From Dicyema japonicum (Eukaryota; Animalia; Dicyemida), in the NCBI GenBank assembly GCA_011109175.1, contig RDEW01000021.1, positions 1,018,585-1,082,584 of the forward strand: a stretch of DNA of 64,000 nucleotides, given 5' to 3'. The notes below the pieces were generated by a model, which saw nothing but the letters and a program-made list of their open reading frames with translations, did not search any database and was not told where the DNA came from. A program made the translations under genes and the position numbers. Below, one piece after another: positions 27,110 to 39,957 of this stretch. Position 1 is the first letter of the stretch, and each line of letters starts with the position of its first letter.

Positions 27110-28190
27110 CCTAAACTAAGACTTCCGATTTTAAAAAAGCTAACAATATTTGTGAAAAATATCCCAAAGAGTTTTTAATTACACTGAATAGAATGCTTTT
27201 TTGTAAATTATTGAGTTACCCGTAACTGTATTGAGGAATCGAGCAATTATTAATTTATTCAAAAGTATTGGGCATCCTTTTCCTTCAGAATTTACTTGCC
27301 GCAATAAAGTTGAAATTTTAGCTCAACAAATGATATCCAAAATAATTAATTTAATTTCAAATAAGAAAGTTAGTTTGAATAATTTAATTGTTAAGGTTTT
27401 TTTGATTGTGGACGAAACTGATGTTGGGAGAAACAAACATTGTTAATTGTCTAGTTGGAACGTTGGCAAATCTGCAAATCTCTTACCTAATAGATTGTAT
27501 AAAATTGATTCCTCTCCGAATTTGTCTATCATCAGTCAAATTATTGATGACACTATTTGGAAAATTAATGTTATTCTAGTCTATACCATATCACATGTTT
27601 TGCTTATTTACTGCATAATTGTGCACTTAAATAAAAGTATATTATCCCGAAATCGACAAATTGATTGCTTGTATTAAGCACTTCTTGTAAAGAACAATTA
27701 TCGAAGACAATTGTTTAAAGAAATTAGGTAACCACAAGAACCAATAGTTACGAGATTGGGGAGCTGTCTTATGGCTGTTTCTTACTATGCTACAAACCTG
27801 CCAAATGTTATTCAAATATGCACTTCTCTAGATAGAGAGATTCTTTGCTTATTAAAAGAGCGAAAGAATGTTTATTTAATGGACAACTTTATAAAGATCC
27901 AATGACGATAATATCACAATATTCACATTTATTACATTTGCTTGATGATCTTTAATCGACCAATTTCACTATAAAGCATACAATTATTTAAAAAATTGGA
28001 TTTTAAAGAAGACGTATGTAATAATAAAAAATTATATTAACAAAAGGACGAATCCTAATGACATTACAAAAAAATAAATTTTGATGATCATTGCAATTTA
28101 CCTTTAAATTATTCTTTGTTGATTGAATGTCAGGGTAGGAATTTTAAAGCGGATAATGTAAAATATTACTTAATTGTGAAATAATGAATA
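27110..28190 (+). mobile_element. hAT (CGGBP1-like) transposase pseudogene
   Basis: VFLIVDETDVG, IISQIIDDTI, RRQLFKEI..PQEPIVTRLGSCL.AVSYYA (cf. PEPVITRWGTWL.AA.YY). Confidence 0.75.
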
Positions 28191-28399
28191 AAATTACTTT
28201 AAATTTTCATTAAGTAAAAAAAATACTAGTTACAACTTTATACATGAAAATAAAGTTGTAACTGTCAGGGAAAGAGATATTTTGGTGAAAGTTATGTAAT
28301 AAATTTAAACATCTTATGGAGTTTCTATCATTGTTACGTTTGATTTAAGAGTTTGAATAAATCATCGTATTTAACAGCTAATGAAACTCGCTACTTTGT

Positions 28400-28710
28400 A
28401 CGATTCTGCCGTCCTTAAACGTCCACAGCTATTGCTGGACGCTTTCACAAGTCTTCGAAGTTCACCTGAGTTCCCGGACAAGAGAAACTTCTTATAGAAT
28501 CAATGATTATTGTTCGGTGGTGGAAACCAATAGCCCGAATCATCTCTAAGAAGGAAGTGTCCAGAGCATATTTCTACTAGGGTCCTCCATGTTTCTCTGT
28601 CGAGATTATTCTTAAGTCATCCACCAATTTCGGAGGCCACACAGCAGATCTTTCGAAGCCAGTCTTCGGATGGCTTTGATAGAGAGTGTTTCATGTATTG
28701 TCTTTGACTT
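28400..28710 (-). mobile_element. APE-LINE C-terminal fragment
   Basis: LDRETWRTLVEICSGH and FSCPG..FEDL*KRP, the same DLWxRP ending as at 34000-34125. Confidence 0.55.
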
Positions 28711-29780
28711 GGTTTTATGGAGCTCCATTTTGGAGAAGCTCGCGTATTTCAAGGTGATCGGAATTATATATCGTCAGACAATCGCAAAGAACCGAGTTAC
28801 CGCGTCACGACATATTACACTTCCAGAAACACAGATCTAAAGCTTATGAAAAAAAGTCCAAGAAGTGGAAACGATTTGGACAAGTTTGAGAAAACTGTCT
28901 TACGATCGAGGAAATTGGAAGAAGTTAGTTCGGAAGATTGTCTCGAGTGCTGCACGAGTGCACTTTCATGCCATAGAGTTGCAACCTGAAAAATAAACAG
29001 CAGCGTACCCTCCTTTACTGTCCCTGTTGCAACAAACATGATAGTCCATCTAATCGTCTCCCCCTCTAAGACAACTCAAAATCTATGTCTCCGTTGAATG
29101 TTCAATGGTTGTCAGGGAAATCGGTAAAAAAACTTAACTACTGGACTAAAAATCACCGAATTTACACATGAAAGCAAATCTAACAAAACACCAAGAAATT
29201 AATCGTCATTCAACAAAAACTCCAGTTTCTCACGTGTCCATTCAAAATGGCCTCCAATTAATTTTTCAGGTTTGGATAAGTTCATCAATAAACATCACGA
29301 GATTTTAGCGAAACGACATCTTTGATTAAAAAGGTCATCTTTTTTAAATCTTATAAAAATTGATTTTACGAAAGGTCCTCGACATCTTTAAGTAAAAAAT
29401 CGTCTTTTTTAATCTTATAAAAATGATTTTGCGAAGGTCCTCGACATCTTTAGGTAAAAAAGTCATCTTTTTTAAATCTTATAAAAATTAATTTTAACGG
29501 GTCCTATGGGTAAGTGGAACATTTTGCTATGGTCCTCGACATCTTTAGGTAAAAAAGTCATCTTTTTTAAATCTTATAAAAATTTATTTTAACGGATCCT
29601 ATGGGTAAGTGGAACATTTTACAATGGTCCTCCGAACCCTATGATTTTAAGATTCTAAGTGACTTAGGAGTAAAAATTAATTATATTTATCAAAACTAAA
29701 TTTAATGAATTATTATTTCTTTAATTTCTTTTTATAATAAATTTGAACGGGCAACCCACCTAGGCACTATCAGACCTTTT

Positions 29781-30743
29781 TTGTCTGCTAAGTATGGTGT
29801 TGATGATGGTGGGCTAGTAAATGTGAAGGCGTTGATCGAATTACAATATAATAATTTGATGGAAAAGATCAACTTAAAAAGCCTTCATAAGGTCCTCTTC
29901 AGAGCATTGGACAACCCACATGTCGACCTTAAGTCGTCGACAATATGGCTAAAATACGGTGACAACTCACCTCGATCGGAGGCGTTGTACACGTATATGC
30001 AAGACCGCAATATTTTTTGGGGTCGATCAACAAATACATGTCCCCACTGTAAGTCAAGGAGCATGTCGGTTGATCATTTAGCCACTCGATGTGGATCCAT
30101 GCTCTGCCACGACTATGTGTGGAGGCACAACGAGGTAGTAAGGAGTCTTCATCTTCTACTATGCAATAAGTATGGTATTCGCCACACCAGAAAGTTGCGG
30201 ACTCATAAGGTGCAATCTGTAGTAGAGAACACCAGGGTCCAAATTAAGGTAGACAGTGTTATCCGTACCTCGGTGCTAGTCAAGCACAATAAACCGGACA
30301 TTGTGGTACACGATAAGGAGTCTGGCCAAGTCCTTATCATAGAAGTTGGCATCACGTCTCAAGACCGTTTGCAGACTGTGGAGGTGGAGAAAAAAAGGAA
30401 GTATGACTTTCTTGCAAACGAGATGGGGCAGATGCTTGGTTGCAAGGTCCTCGTTATTCCTATAGTAATGACGTGGGAAGGAATTGCAACAAAGTACCAC
30501 AAGGGTTATCTGAAGCAGTTGGGGGTAGATAGGAAGCTCCAGGCCTATCTACAGTCCACTGTGTTAAAGCGGACCCTAGAGAGCTTGACACTGGAGTATA
30601 GGAGGCAGAGCCCTGAGATGCCATATGGGCAGAGGGTTCAATTAGACAAGCGCTCTCGGAGTTGTTTCAGCAACCAGAATCGAACCTGCCTGAGGAGGCT
30701 AGCGAACAGGCAGGCGAGGAAGGTTGTTGATAAAATATATTAA
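29781..30743 (+). CDS. R4/Dong-like LINE C-terminal region: CCHC knuckle + PD-(D/E)xK restriction-like endonuclease, uninterrupted 320 codons
   Basis: CPHC-x8-H-x4-C, RHNEVV, KPDIVV, IIEVGIT, EKKRKY. No RT core, so it is 5'-truncated. Confidence 0.85.
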   Translation: MSAKYGVDDGGLVNVKALIELQYNNLMEKINLKSLHKVLFRALDNPHVDLKSSTIWLKYGDNSPRSEALYTYMQDRNIFWGRSTNTCPHCKSRSMSVDHLATRCGSMLCHDYVWRHNEVVRSLHLLLCNKYGIRHTRKLRTHKVQSVVENTRVQIKVDSVIRTSVLVKHNKPDIVVHDKESGQVLIIEVGITSQDRLQTVEVEKKRKYDFLANEMGQMLGCKVLVIPIVMTWEGIATKYHKGYLKQLGVDRKLQAYLQSTVLKRTLESLTLEYRRQSPEMPYGQRVQLDKRSRSCFSNQNRTCLRRLANRQARKVVDKIY

Positions 30744-31152
30744 CTTTTTTATTGTTTGTTAAATAAAGGGGGGTTGATTGTTAATAAATTTGAAAAAATT
30801 TTTTTTAAATTTGAAAAATTATATCGGAAATAAAGAAGAAGAAAGCATAATGATAAAATTCTTAAGATTACAAAATAGAAAAAAAAATTCTTAGAAAAAC
30901 TAAATATATCGCTTTATCTGGATTTCCTCTTTAGTTAATGGCTTTTCCTCTCCTCCTCGCTTTATCTGAAAATACATTGAGATTTGTTTAAGAACAAATG
31001 TTACTTAACTTGGATCCGATAGAATATATATTCAATTTAGTTGTTCCCATTTAGTTGAATATATATTCTATATAATATATTTTCTTTTTTGCCTTTTAAA
31101 AATAAATCTTTCATTTTAAAGTTAAATATAAATATTATAAAAAAATAAATGT

Positions 31153-31508
31153 TTACCTAAAGATGTCGAGGACCTTGGTAAAATCAATTTTTATAAGATT
31201 TAAAAAGATGACTTTTTTTACCTAAAGATGTCGAGGACCTTGGTAAAATCAATTTTTATAAGATTTAAAAAGATGACTTTTTTTTACCTAAAGATGTCGA
31301 GGACCTTGGTAAAATCAATTTTTATAAGATTTAAAAAGATGACTTTTTTACCTAAAGATGTCGAGGACCTTGGTAAATCAATTTTTATAAGATTTAAAAA
31401 AGATGACTTTTTTTACCTAAAGATGTCGAGGACCTTGGTAAAATCAATTTTTATTAAGATTTAAAAAGATGACTTTTTTACCTAAAGATGTAGAGGACCT
31501 TGGTAAAA
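31153..31508 (+). repeat. Tandem array of ~62-65-bp units (right TIR)
   Basis: About 5.5 near-identical units of ttacctaaagatgtcgaggaccttggtaaaatcaatttttataagatttaaaaagatgactttt. Confidence 0.95.
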
Positions 31509-32424
31509 TATCTCGTGATGTCTATTGATGAACTTATCCAAAACCTGAGAAATTTAATTGGAGGCCGTTTTGAATGGAGGCCATTTTGAATGGGAACCGT
31601 TCTCAATACAATTTTCAATGTCCATATATGATCATTATTATCACTTAGTTCAAGACAACTTGGTGACCACAAAGACAACCTGAGAGGCTATTTCCACCAC
31701 CTCATTTAATTCATTGTGAGAAGGGTGGCATTCTGTTGTATATATGTCGCCTTCTTTATCACACGGGAGGACCATGTGGTGGAGATCGTAAAATTGATGT
31801 AATTGAGTACTTAGGTGAGACAGAATTGTACAAATTATAGAAAAATGAAGTCGTTCCTAGGCTCAATAGATTTGTTGTAGGCATTCTCGATAAAGTTTGT
31901 CCAGTCCTTCTCGGAGATGGTCTTATTCCGTTACTTTGATTAAGTACCTCTTTTCTAAGGGGGAGTAAGTTATTTTTCTGGTTATCGAGTTCTTCTATCG
32001 GAAATTGACCCACCGTAAGAAAGACGTGTGGGAAGCGGTCTGGCTGAGGCAACGAATTGGGATTGCAGTTGTCCGCGGAAATGCTTACTCCGTTGTCAGC
32101 AGCCGTTCTTCCCCATAGTTAATAAATAATATTTTATTATTAAAAATAAAAAAAATTAATAATAAAAAATTAGAGGCTAACGGAAAAGAGAGTAAATGGT
32201 TATATAGGGCTGCCCTGACTGCGTGGCTATTCCCTCTCATTTTTTATAATATCAATTTGATAATTTAGTAGCACAGTATTAACCAGTAATAATATATTTA
32301 TTTAGAACCAAGAATCATAGACAAAACAACAGAAAGTGGGGGCCGTCAGGTGATCCCGGCCTACTTGAGCCGCCACCTCATCTTATCTCCGAATTCCTCT
32401 CGAATAAATAAATAAAATAATTAG

Positions 32425-33215
32425 CGCGCGTCATGTGGTTCGGTGGTGTCGCCAACTGTGGAATAAGTCACTCAGTATAAAGTATCATTTTGCTTTACTC
32501 CATTCCAAGAAGAATTTGTTTCTTGGATGGTCTCTGTATTACTCGTGACTTGTTAAAAACGCTTTTAATAATCTCTGGAGATATCAAACTAAATCCTTGA
32601 CTAGCGAAATTTCTTTTCATCATTCAACTCAACATAATGGATTGAGAGAAAGATAATTGAGCTCAAAACTTTCTTAAAGAAATACGACATCGACGTGTGC
32701 CTCCTACAAGAGGCGACCTGACACACTCTTCCCCAACTCCAACATATCCGGGATACACTGTTATCAGAAAAATCATCAGTTCGGCAGTGGAGGAGGAGTC
32801 ATTACTTTCTTCAAAATGAGCTCGGGCGCACAATATCGCCTTTGCATTATGATCCTCTATTTTCCGTAAAGTACATTTTGATCTCCATTCGAACAAGCCT
32901 GAGAATTTTAAAATTGTGAACATGTACATTCTCCCTACCAGCTCCTGCCCATAGGAGTTTACCTTCTCCTTTAATTATTAAATCAATACCAACAATTGTT
33001 GATATGTAGGGATTTCAACGCAAAAAACCCGACCTGGTATAAAAGTCAAACTGCTGATGCCAGAGGAAATCTCCTTCTCTCTTTACTGGATAATTTCATA
33101 ATCCCTAACGACTATTGGATGAGCACAAGAACACCTTATACTGGTTATGATAACACCTGATTTGACCCTTGCCATCCCTAACATTGATTCTCTTGCCAAC
33201 TGGTCTTGATTTATG
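32425..33215 (+). mobile_element. APE-LINE 5' end with decayed pseudoknot and decayed 2A motif
   Basis: gcgtcatgtggttc..ggtgtcgccaa start, LLIISGDIKLNP* at 32562-32600, then IIQLNI, DIDVCLLQE, GGGV, IVNMYI, VGDFNAK. Confidence 0.75.
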
Positions 33216-33690
33216 ACTTCCGGAGAGAAAGGCTTCCGTCTTCGCGCCTACAGTTCCAGTTGTCTCCACAACAATGGAGGCGAAATGGTAATGGTCTCCG
33301 AGGGATTCGTACTTATGGATCTTATTGACCTCCTCCTGGTCGGCTGCGTCCAGGAGAGTGCGTCGCCGTCTGCAATCTGGCTCCTGAGAAGGTGTCCACA
33401 CACGTTGCATCCCAGACAAGTGATTTTCCGTGGGAGTATGGGAATAATGTCATTTCATTTGGCTTCTTCCCGTCGCCTCTGTCAAAGCCCAATGGTTCCA
33501 ATTGGGCCGGAAATCCCGCAGCCTTGAGGACTCGAAAGATGATGTCATTGAGGGCTGCTTGACGCGGGGTTCGACCAGCACTCCGTCGGCAAGACAGTGG
33601 ATGTAATTCTTTCGTATCAACGTCCCCGCCGCAACGGCATTTGTGTCTCTGGCATATGTCCAGTCCTAGGTGCAGTGTCATGCTCTCTCA
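33215..33690 (-). mobile_element. CRE-type LINE REL-domain fragment
   Basis: CRCG..HPLSCRRSAGR..ALNDII..LEPLGFDRGDGKKP..LVWDATCVDT, VETTG. Confidence 0.9.
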
Positions 33691-33997
33691 GAACTTATCG
33701 TTTATTTGCAGACTAATGATTAGGCATAATAACCGGTCGAATGGGAAGATTATGTTGAGTACGATTAAAGACCGATATAAAAGTAATTTATGTTGCAAAT
33801 TAGACATGACTGGAGGCTTCTCTCTTTGCTTTTGATAGAAGGATGATTATTATACCCTATATTGACAAAAACAAAAAAATTAACGTATCTATTTTTATAT
33901 CTTTAAATATTATTTATTTAATAATTTTAAATTAAATAAATATTTAAAATTATTTTTGTTGTTAATTCATTATTATACTATTATATTACTATTTTTA

Positions 33998-34128
33998 GTT
34001 CGGGACCTTTTTCCCTGCCCTGGACCACCGGATGCAAAAGTCGAGGATCTCTGGGAGCGGCCTGTCCGGACTGCACGCTCTCTGATGTCGCCGGCTTCCC
34101 ACTTGCTGGCGAAGCCGGGGTTAATAAT
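33998..34128 (+). mobile_element. Extreme 3' end of an APE-LINE with terminal stem-loop
   Basis: LFPCPG..VEDLWERP, hairpin ccggcttc/gaagccgg, then ggggttaataa. Confidence 0.6.
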
Positions 34129-35384
34129 TTAATTTATTACTATTTTTGATAATTACCTTGATTTAAAAAGAGGAGCTGTTTAATTACTTCAGCCGTGCTG
34201 TTCTTAAAGTATTGAAAGGTCACTGAATTTTATTATCACTACTTTTTGCATAAAGTTCATTAAGGGCTTTCAATTATCAATTTTGGTCTATTTTAGTGTA
34301 AATTTATTATTAATGTCATCTTCATGATGCTTTTATTTCTTTCTCTTTGACCCAGTAATCCTGGGACAAATAATAATAATGTTATTGTGCAATTTTTCAT
34401 TCCGTTACACATCACAATACAACTCATATGTAGAAATGCACGACTAGCCACGTGGCCGGTTCCCTTGATATTATTGGGATGCTCCTATGTTCCCAAATCA
34501 TTGTTAAACTCAAACAATTTAACGACGACAGCCGACTCTACTCACAGGACTGGTATCCATTGGTTTGAGTCTTAGGTACTGGCTCTCAGTCTATCAGATG
34601 TTCTGGGAATATTTTACAAATTTTCACTCAGAATTTGGACAGTTTGCGGAACTATGATATCCGAAGTCCTGGATTGGTAGAATGTTCCGTGAATTCCCCT
34701 TTTTTCGTTATCCGACGGTGTGGAAGCTACTAGCCTTATTGACTTGCTTAAATAGACATGAGTACTCCGAGAGTTTATATGTCTACATCTACCAACTATG
34801 GACTCTGACTCACGCCATTGTTAAGAGGATGTCGGGACAGTTCTCTAAGATGATTATCAGTTATCGCTTTCTATTAAATAAATAAATAAAAATAAATTAA
34901 CAACTACGACAGTTATCGCTTTCACTTAGTATTTCCATTTTTACGGTTTTTATTTTATTTCAAATTTATTTACTAAAGTTTAAATTGTTATTTTCATTTT
35001 ATTTATTTTTAAACTTATTTTATTTTCAGTCCTACGAGCAGTAAAAAATTGCAAGTCCTCAATCAACGATCTATTCTTAAATACATGTGTCTTTCATAAA
35101 TGGGTCCAATATTTGAAAGTATGGAGTTTCTCTGATTTAGGCAACTTTGGTTTTGTTGGTGGACTATTATGTCGCAGCTACTTGCAGTATCGCATAGTTG
35201 CAAGTAGCTGCGACATAATATACTCGATTTTACTTTATTGGCTGGTCGGATAGGGGTTTCTGACATATTGTGTCTGTTCATAATATTATTGTACCGATTA
35301 AACGACAGAAAAACTTTTGACCGTATCGGGAATAATGTGATTTATTTATATTAACATTTTTAGCTATGATTCAATTAGTTAATC

Positions 35385-36270
35385 ATTGGATGGGGTGTCG
35401 TCTAAGATCGGTTGCGTACCCGGAGGTTGCGTACCCGGCATATCTATCGTTTCTCTCAAGCTGCAGCCATTTGATACTGCAAATCCTTCATCACACTATT
35501 GGACTTCGCTGGAATGAGTCATTGACGAAGCGTCGAAAATGGAACGGGTCCGACTCAAAAATCCCCGAAGACACAACGAAGCAAAAGTAATTGGAATAAC
35601 GTCTGCTCCAAAATTTTGGAAGACCTTAAAAAAGAAGCAATCAACATCGTCTGCTTGTTAGTGTCAGTTCAAGTGGAGGGAGTGGAGCATGGCTTGGTAA
35701 TACCTTTCCCAAACCTAGGACTTTTTGGACGACGATTCTGAGATTGGAACAACAAAGGAGGACTAGATGCTTGCCAGGAGCACCGATGCCGATGCGGGAA
35801 AATAGTCGATGCGAGGGATTGCACCCGTTGTCTTGCAGAAAAAGCGTTGGAAGAGGACTACGTCACGCTGCTTCTGAACGATGTGATCGTAAGAGCTCTG
35901 AAGGCCACAGGCTTCCCGTCACAGCTTGAACCAGTGAGTCTCGATCGAGGAGATGGAAAGAGACCTGAAGGGATGACCCTTTTCCATACATCCGGAGATT
36001 TTGGTCTGGGACGCAACTTCCATATCAGACGACACATTTCAAGCACGAATCTTTTCACATCGGTTTCAGACACCTGGAGCAGCTGCTTTGACTGCGGAAA
36101 ACCTAAAAATCAAGAAATATTCTTCCCTCGGGGAGTGGTACCAATTTACTCCTGTTAGCGTCGAGTCATCGGGAGCCGTTAGTCCAATGACGGCTGAGTT
36201 CTTACGCAAACTCGGAGGAATGCTTGCCAGAAAGAAAAGGGATCAACGAGAATGGCTATCTAGTTTATAA
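35385..36270 (+). mobile_element. CRE-type LINE 3' fragment
   Basis: GAWL, CRCG, GLHPLSCRKSVGRGLRH, DRGDGKRPEG, VWDAT, KIKKY, VESSG. Confidence 0.9.
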
Positions 36271-37439
36271 CAAATAGTACTCCATATTCAATTTTGATAG
36301 ACGAAATCATATCAATAAGTACTTTGACCATACATGAACTTTACGAGAAAAAACAAAATCGTAACTTTGTTTAAATTTTTATCATGGCATGGCAAATCAA
36401 TAATTCTAAGTAATAATAGTTAAGACTAACAAATCAGAAATAGAATCTGCATTTTTCATTCCGTGTTGTCTAAACACTAAGATGAAAAACATAATATTTT
36501 GCTAGCCAGACCCTGACCATGGATTACCCCAACTATAAGCACTTTCACAAAATCGATTATTAGTTATAACCCTCATTTGTATCAAAAGAAAATATTTTGT
36601 ACCAGAAAACCATCGCCATAGTTAGAATGAAAAAATTAAGGTGATCCCTGCCTTTTGGACTTGAAGGAAATTGCGTCCAAAAGGAACGTTGTTTACTAAT
36701 GGTCTTTTCTGGATATAATTTAGAATTATTCGGAGCCACTTTAGATTGTGAACCATATGTGACCCTCCTGCTTGAATCGGCCAGTCAGATTCTTTTCTTA
36801 TAGGGCCATTTAGACAAACCTGGCTCTTCAACCTCTCTCTCTACCAACTTACGTATATAAACTGGATGATGTGAGAGATGTCATCTGTACATTTTGCAAC
36901 CTATCTGAGTTGACAGTAAATCAGCTTTTATAATGTTAAGGGCATAGCCATATTTGTACTCTCACGACCTCCGAAAATTTCACTTCTAACTTATTTTGAA
37001 ATGATAGAATTCACGACTTCATTAACAGCCATATGGCCCTTTGAAAATTTTGGATTATAGATTTCCTGATATTGGCATTTAAGAATTGTTGCTCCGGAAG
37101 GTACCCTATTCAGGCACATTAGTTAAACATTGGCTTAAATTACCTTAAAATCAGTGTTTAATGACTTTCATAAACTTTGAAGGCTGTTCTAACATATTTT
37201 CTTCCAGATAAGGTTGAATAGCCGCTCATTAAGAGCCCTTTGAATTCAATTATTTAAAACAGTGCTTCCCAACCGGTGAGCCGCTAACTGGTGCTGGTCC
37301 TTAGACCAATTGGTACCCGGCAACAAGAAACACAGTTCAGAAATATAGTTTGCATAAATGTCGCAATTTTTAAAATAAAAGCAACTGGATGATTTTCTAC
37401 ATCCATTTTCATCAAGACATGTTCTCTCATGTTTCATTC

Positions 37440-37626
37440 TATAGACACTCCAAGTTGAGTATATGTCCTTTATAGATGGTTCCACTGTAAAATGTTTACT
37501 AATGAAGGCGTCACTCGTCAAGCCAAAGCATCTTAGATGTGTGGAACCTTTAACCGGAATGTACAGCAGCGAAATTTGAACTAGGAGTCATAAGGCTCTT
37601 CACCGGTACTCGTTACACTTCAACCG
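37440..37626 (-). mobile_element. tRNA-derived SINE family A, copy 3
   Basis: Shares ggcgtcactcgtcaag..aaagcatc..agatg.gtggaacct..agcgaaatttgaac with the other copies. Confidence 0.75.
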
Positions 37627-37849
37627 TTTATGTTGCACATTAATTTATATTTAAAAATTTCCTAAATAATGTTTAGCTTATTTTATAAATCTATTTTAAT
37701 TTTGATTATGAATTTGTTTATTGAAGGATTGATTAAATAAATAAAAAATAAAGAATTAATTGAACTATCATAATTCTTGTGAGCACGCCTGTTTCTATTT
37801 TTCATAGTGGGACATATCATTGGACCTACTAAGAATGAACCCAATGGAG

Positions 37850-38730
37850 TAAACAGTGATAAAGTAAGAGCAATGGTCCATCAGCTGTTTGTCATTCAGG
37901 AAATTGATGCAAGACACCGGAATCCAGTGTCTCAACCAGAGCGAATCTCAAGCGATCATAGACCAGGTTAATCAGAAAGACAAAGTCTAGTGGGATTCGG
38001 ATGTTGTCCGTGTAGTTCAGGCAAGATTCGGATTACTCGAGGTAGATGACATTTAGTAACAAAACCCCACTTTTATTTTTATAACCCCAATGAAACAATA
38101 TTACTACTCGTTTCTCCCACATAGAACTTTCTCCTATTACAAGAGGAGTTGTCACCCTGATACCGCTCCGTTTCCTCCACACATCAGCTAACTCAGTTGA
38201 TAATTCCACCAGGTGATTGGTTGCTGTCTGAGTACTGACAATAGAGTTGACAAGCTGTGTCTTCAGTTTGATTTTTTGATGCCGTACATTCTGCATAAGT
38301 TAAAATATATGCACCTTCCACTCCGTGGTGCCCTATGATGTGGAGGGCCCAAGTCCATACGCAAGATTTGTCCAAATAGCTTCCAGCGCATATCAGCAAT
38401 TTCGAGACTCAGTAAACCGTGAAACATCTCTTGTACAGCGATTCCTTGTTTATTCTTGCTGGCCAGTTCAGTCCTAGTAGGGCTTGTTAGGTTTTTTCAT
38501 TGGTATTAATAGTCCGGATCCAAGAGCTGGGTATTCTTTTTTATAACAATAGAGTTGAGTAGTTTTGCCAACTTGTCTGTTAGTGCAGGTGGCCCATATT
38601 TGACAAGCTCTGAATTGATTCAATCCGGTACAGGGGAGCGACCATTCTTAAGTTTGACTATTTATTATTATTTATTTATTTATTTAAGTTTGACTATTGC
38701 ATTGAGATTTCGCCAGGTGTAATAGCTTTA
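37850..38730 (-). mobile_element. RTE-type LINE fragment (APE and RT pieces, rearranged)
   Basis: Minus strand NGRSPVPD*INSELVKYG, INYAPST-like APE piece, G-H-I-G, LLCRLFAD-type remnants. Confidence 0.55.
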
Positions 38731-38852
38731 TCATTAAATCACGTTTTATTAAAAATTGAAAAATTAATATTTAATTGTTATAATTATTTTTTAATTATTA
38801 TTTTTTAAATGACTACAACTTGACATTAAAAAGTTTACATAACAAATAAAAA

Positions 38853-39120
38853 CGTGACTAATTGGTTAAAGTTTTTTGTACTTGTTTTGTCTGTTACTCC
38901 TCTTTCCCTTCCTACTAGACTGACGTCATGTTATCCATGGAGCCAAGTGCCAGGCTGGAACGAAGAAGGATCATTTGCTCTCCCTCACTTCATTGAAGGG
39001 GTTTCCACAACTGCAAGCAATCGACGTCTTTTACCTTTTATGCTGGTTCCGGATGGACTCTGTTCTGTAGCAGTGGAAATTGATACATCTAACTAGTTTT
39101 TTAAATTTTTTTTGGTATAT
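38853..39120 (+). mobile_element. Short interspersed element family B, copy 3 (pseudoknot partly deleted)
   Basis: Colinear with 3397-3697 and 19215-19532. Confidence 0.8.
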
Positions 39121-39146
39121 AAAGGATAATATGTCACATGGCCTGG

Positions 39147-39957
39147 AACTGAGACCATTATATAAAGGAAAAATAGAAGAAGTGATTTATGCTGATGATG
39201 TCGACCTAATTTCTGAAAACAAAGAACTCCTGGAGCATGTACTAGAAAGAGCACCAGATATACTTAAGAAATGGTTTCTCGCCGTGAACAGGGAAAAACA
39301 GAACGGACAGAGATAAGAAGAATGAACAACTCACTCGAAGAAAAATGGAGACACATAAAGAAACTTGGCTCACTACTAGGAGATAGCGAAGACATCATAC
39401 GGAGAAAAAACATTGGCAAATGCGGCATTACAAACGCTTAAAAATCTTTGGCTAAAACGGAAAGGATATAACATAAAACAAAGGATTATGTTATACGACA
39501 CTTTCATCAAACCAATCCTACTATACAACTCTGGGACCTGGGCCACCTCTAAAGAGGAATTGGAGAGGCTAGACTCATGGAATGTACAATAAGTGTGACT
39601 GTAAACCATTAAGCCACGAGATCATTAGCTCTCGTTGGAGACTTTTTGGACACGTCCTGAGGTTGGACCCGATATCCCCTCCGAACATCGCAATGGAAGA
39701 CTACTACTCCTCCAATATAAAACGCTTTCGTGGAAGACCGAGAACTACTCTACCGGTCGCACTACAAAACGATCTGAAAGCCGTGAAGAAAACTTTGGCA
39801 TCTGGTGACGATTTGGACTCACTGAGGAACCTAGCAAAGAACAGAAGAGCTTGGAGCAACCTAACTAATTCTCTTATATTTTTTGCTGCACATGCGGGGC
39901 TCGTAAAAGTGAATATAAATATTATGGGTCTCGTGAAAGTGCTAATAATAATAATAA
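39147..39957 (+). mobile_element. 5'-truncated RTE-type LINE with (TAA)n tail and target-site duplication
   Basis: YADDVDL, KKLGSLLG, LYNSGTW, SRWRLFGHVLRL, RGRPRTTLP. TSD ataatatgtcacatggcctgg at 39126-39146 and 39962-39982. Confidence 0.92.

Larger units (their letters stand above)
29233..31599. mobile_element. Foldback-type DNA element with long, tandemly repetitive TIRs
   Basis: Left arm (29233 to ~29640) and right arm (~31153-31599) are reverse complements, made of ~62-65-bp units plus a unique outer segment (ccattcaaaatggcctcc / ggaggccattttgaatgg). ttctca flanks both ends (29227-29232, 31600-31605). Confidence 0.85.

Noticed and set aside
31228-31464. 78-aa repetitive ORF
   Set aside because: It is a by-product of the tandem array, and unit lengths vary by non-multiples of three.
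31153-31508. CRISPR-like array
   Set aside because: Units are contiguous and near-identical with no unique spacers, there are no cas genes, the context is eukaryotic, and the array is mirrored as an inverted arm at 29300-29640.
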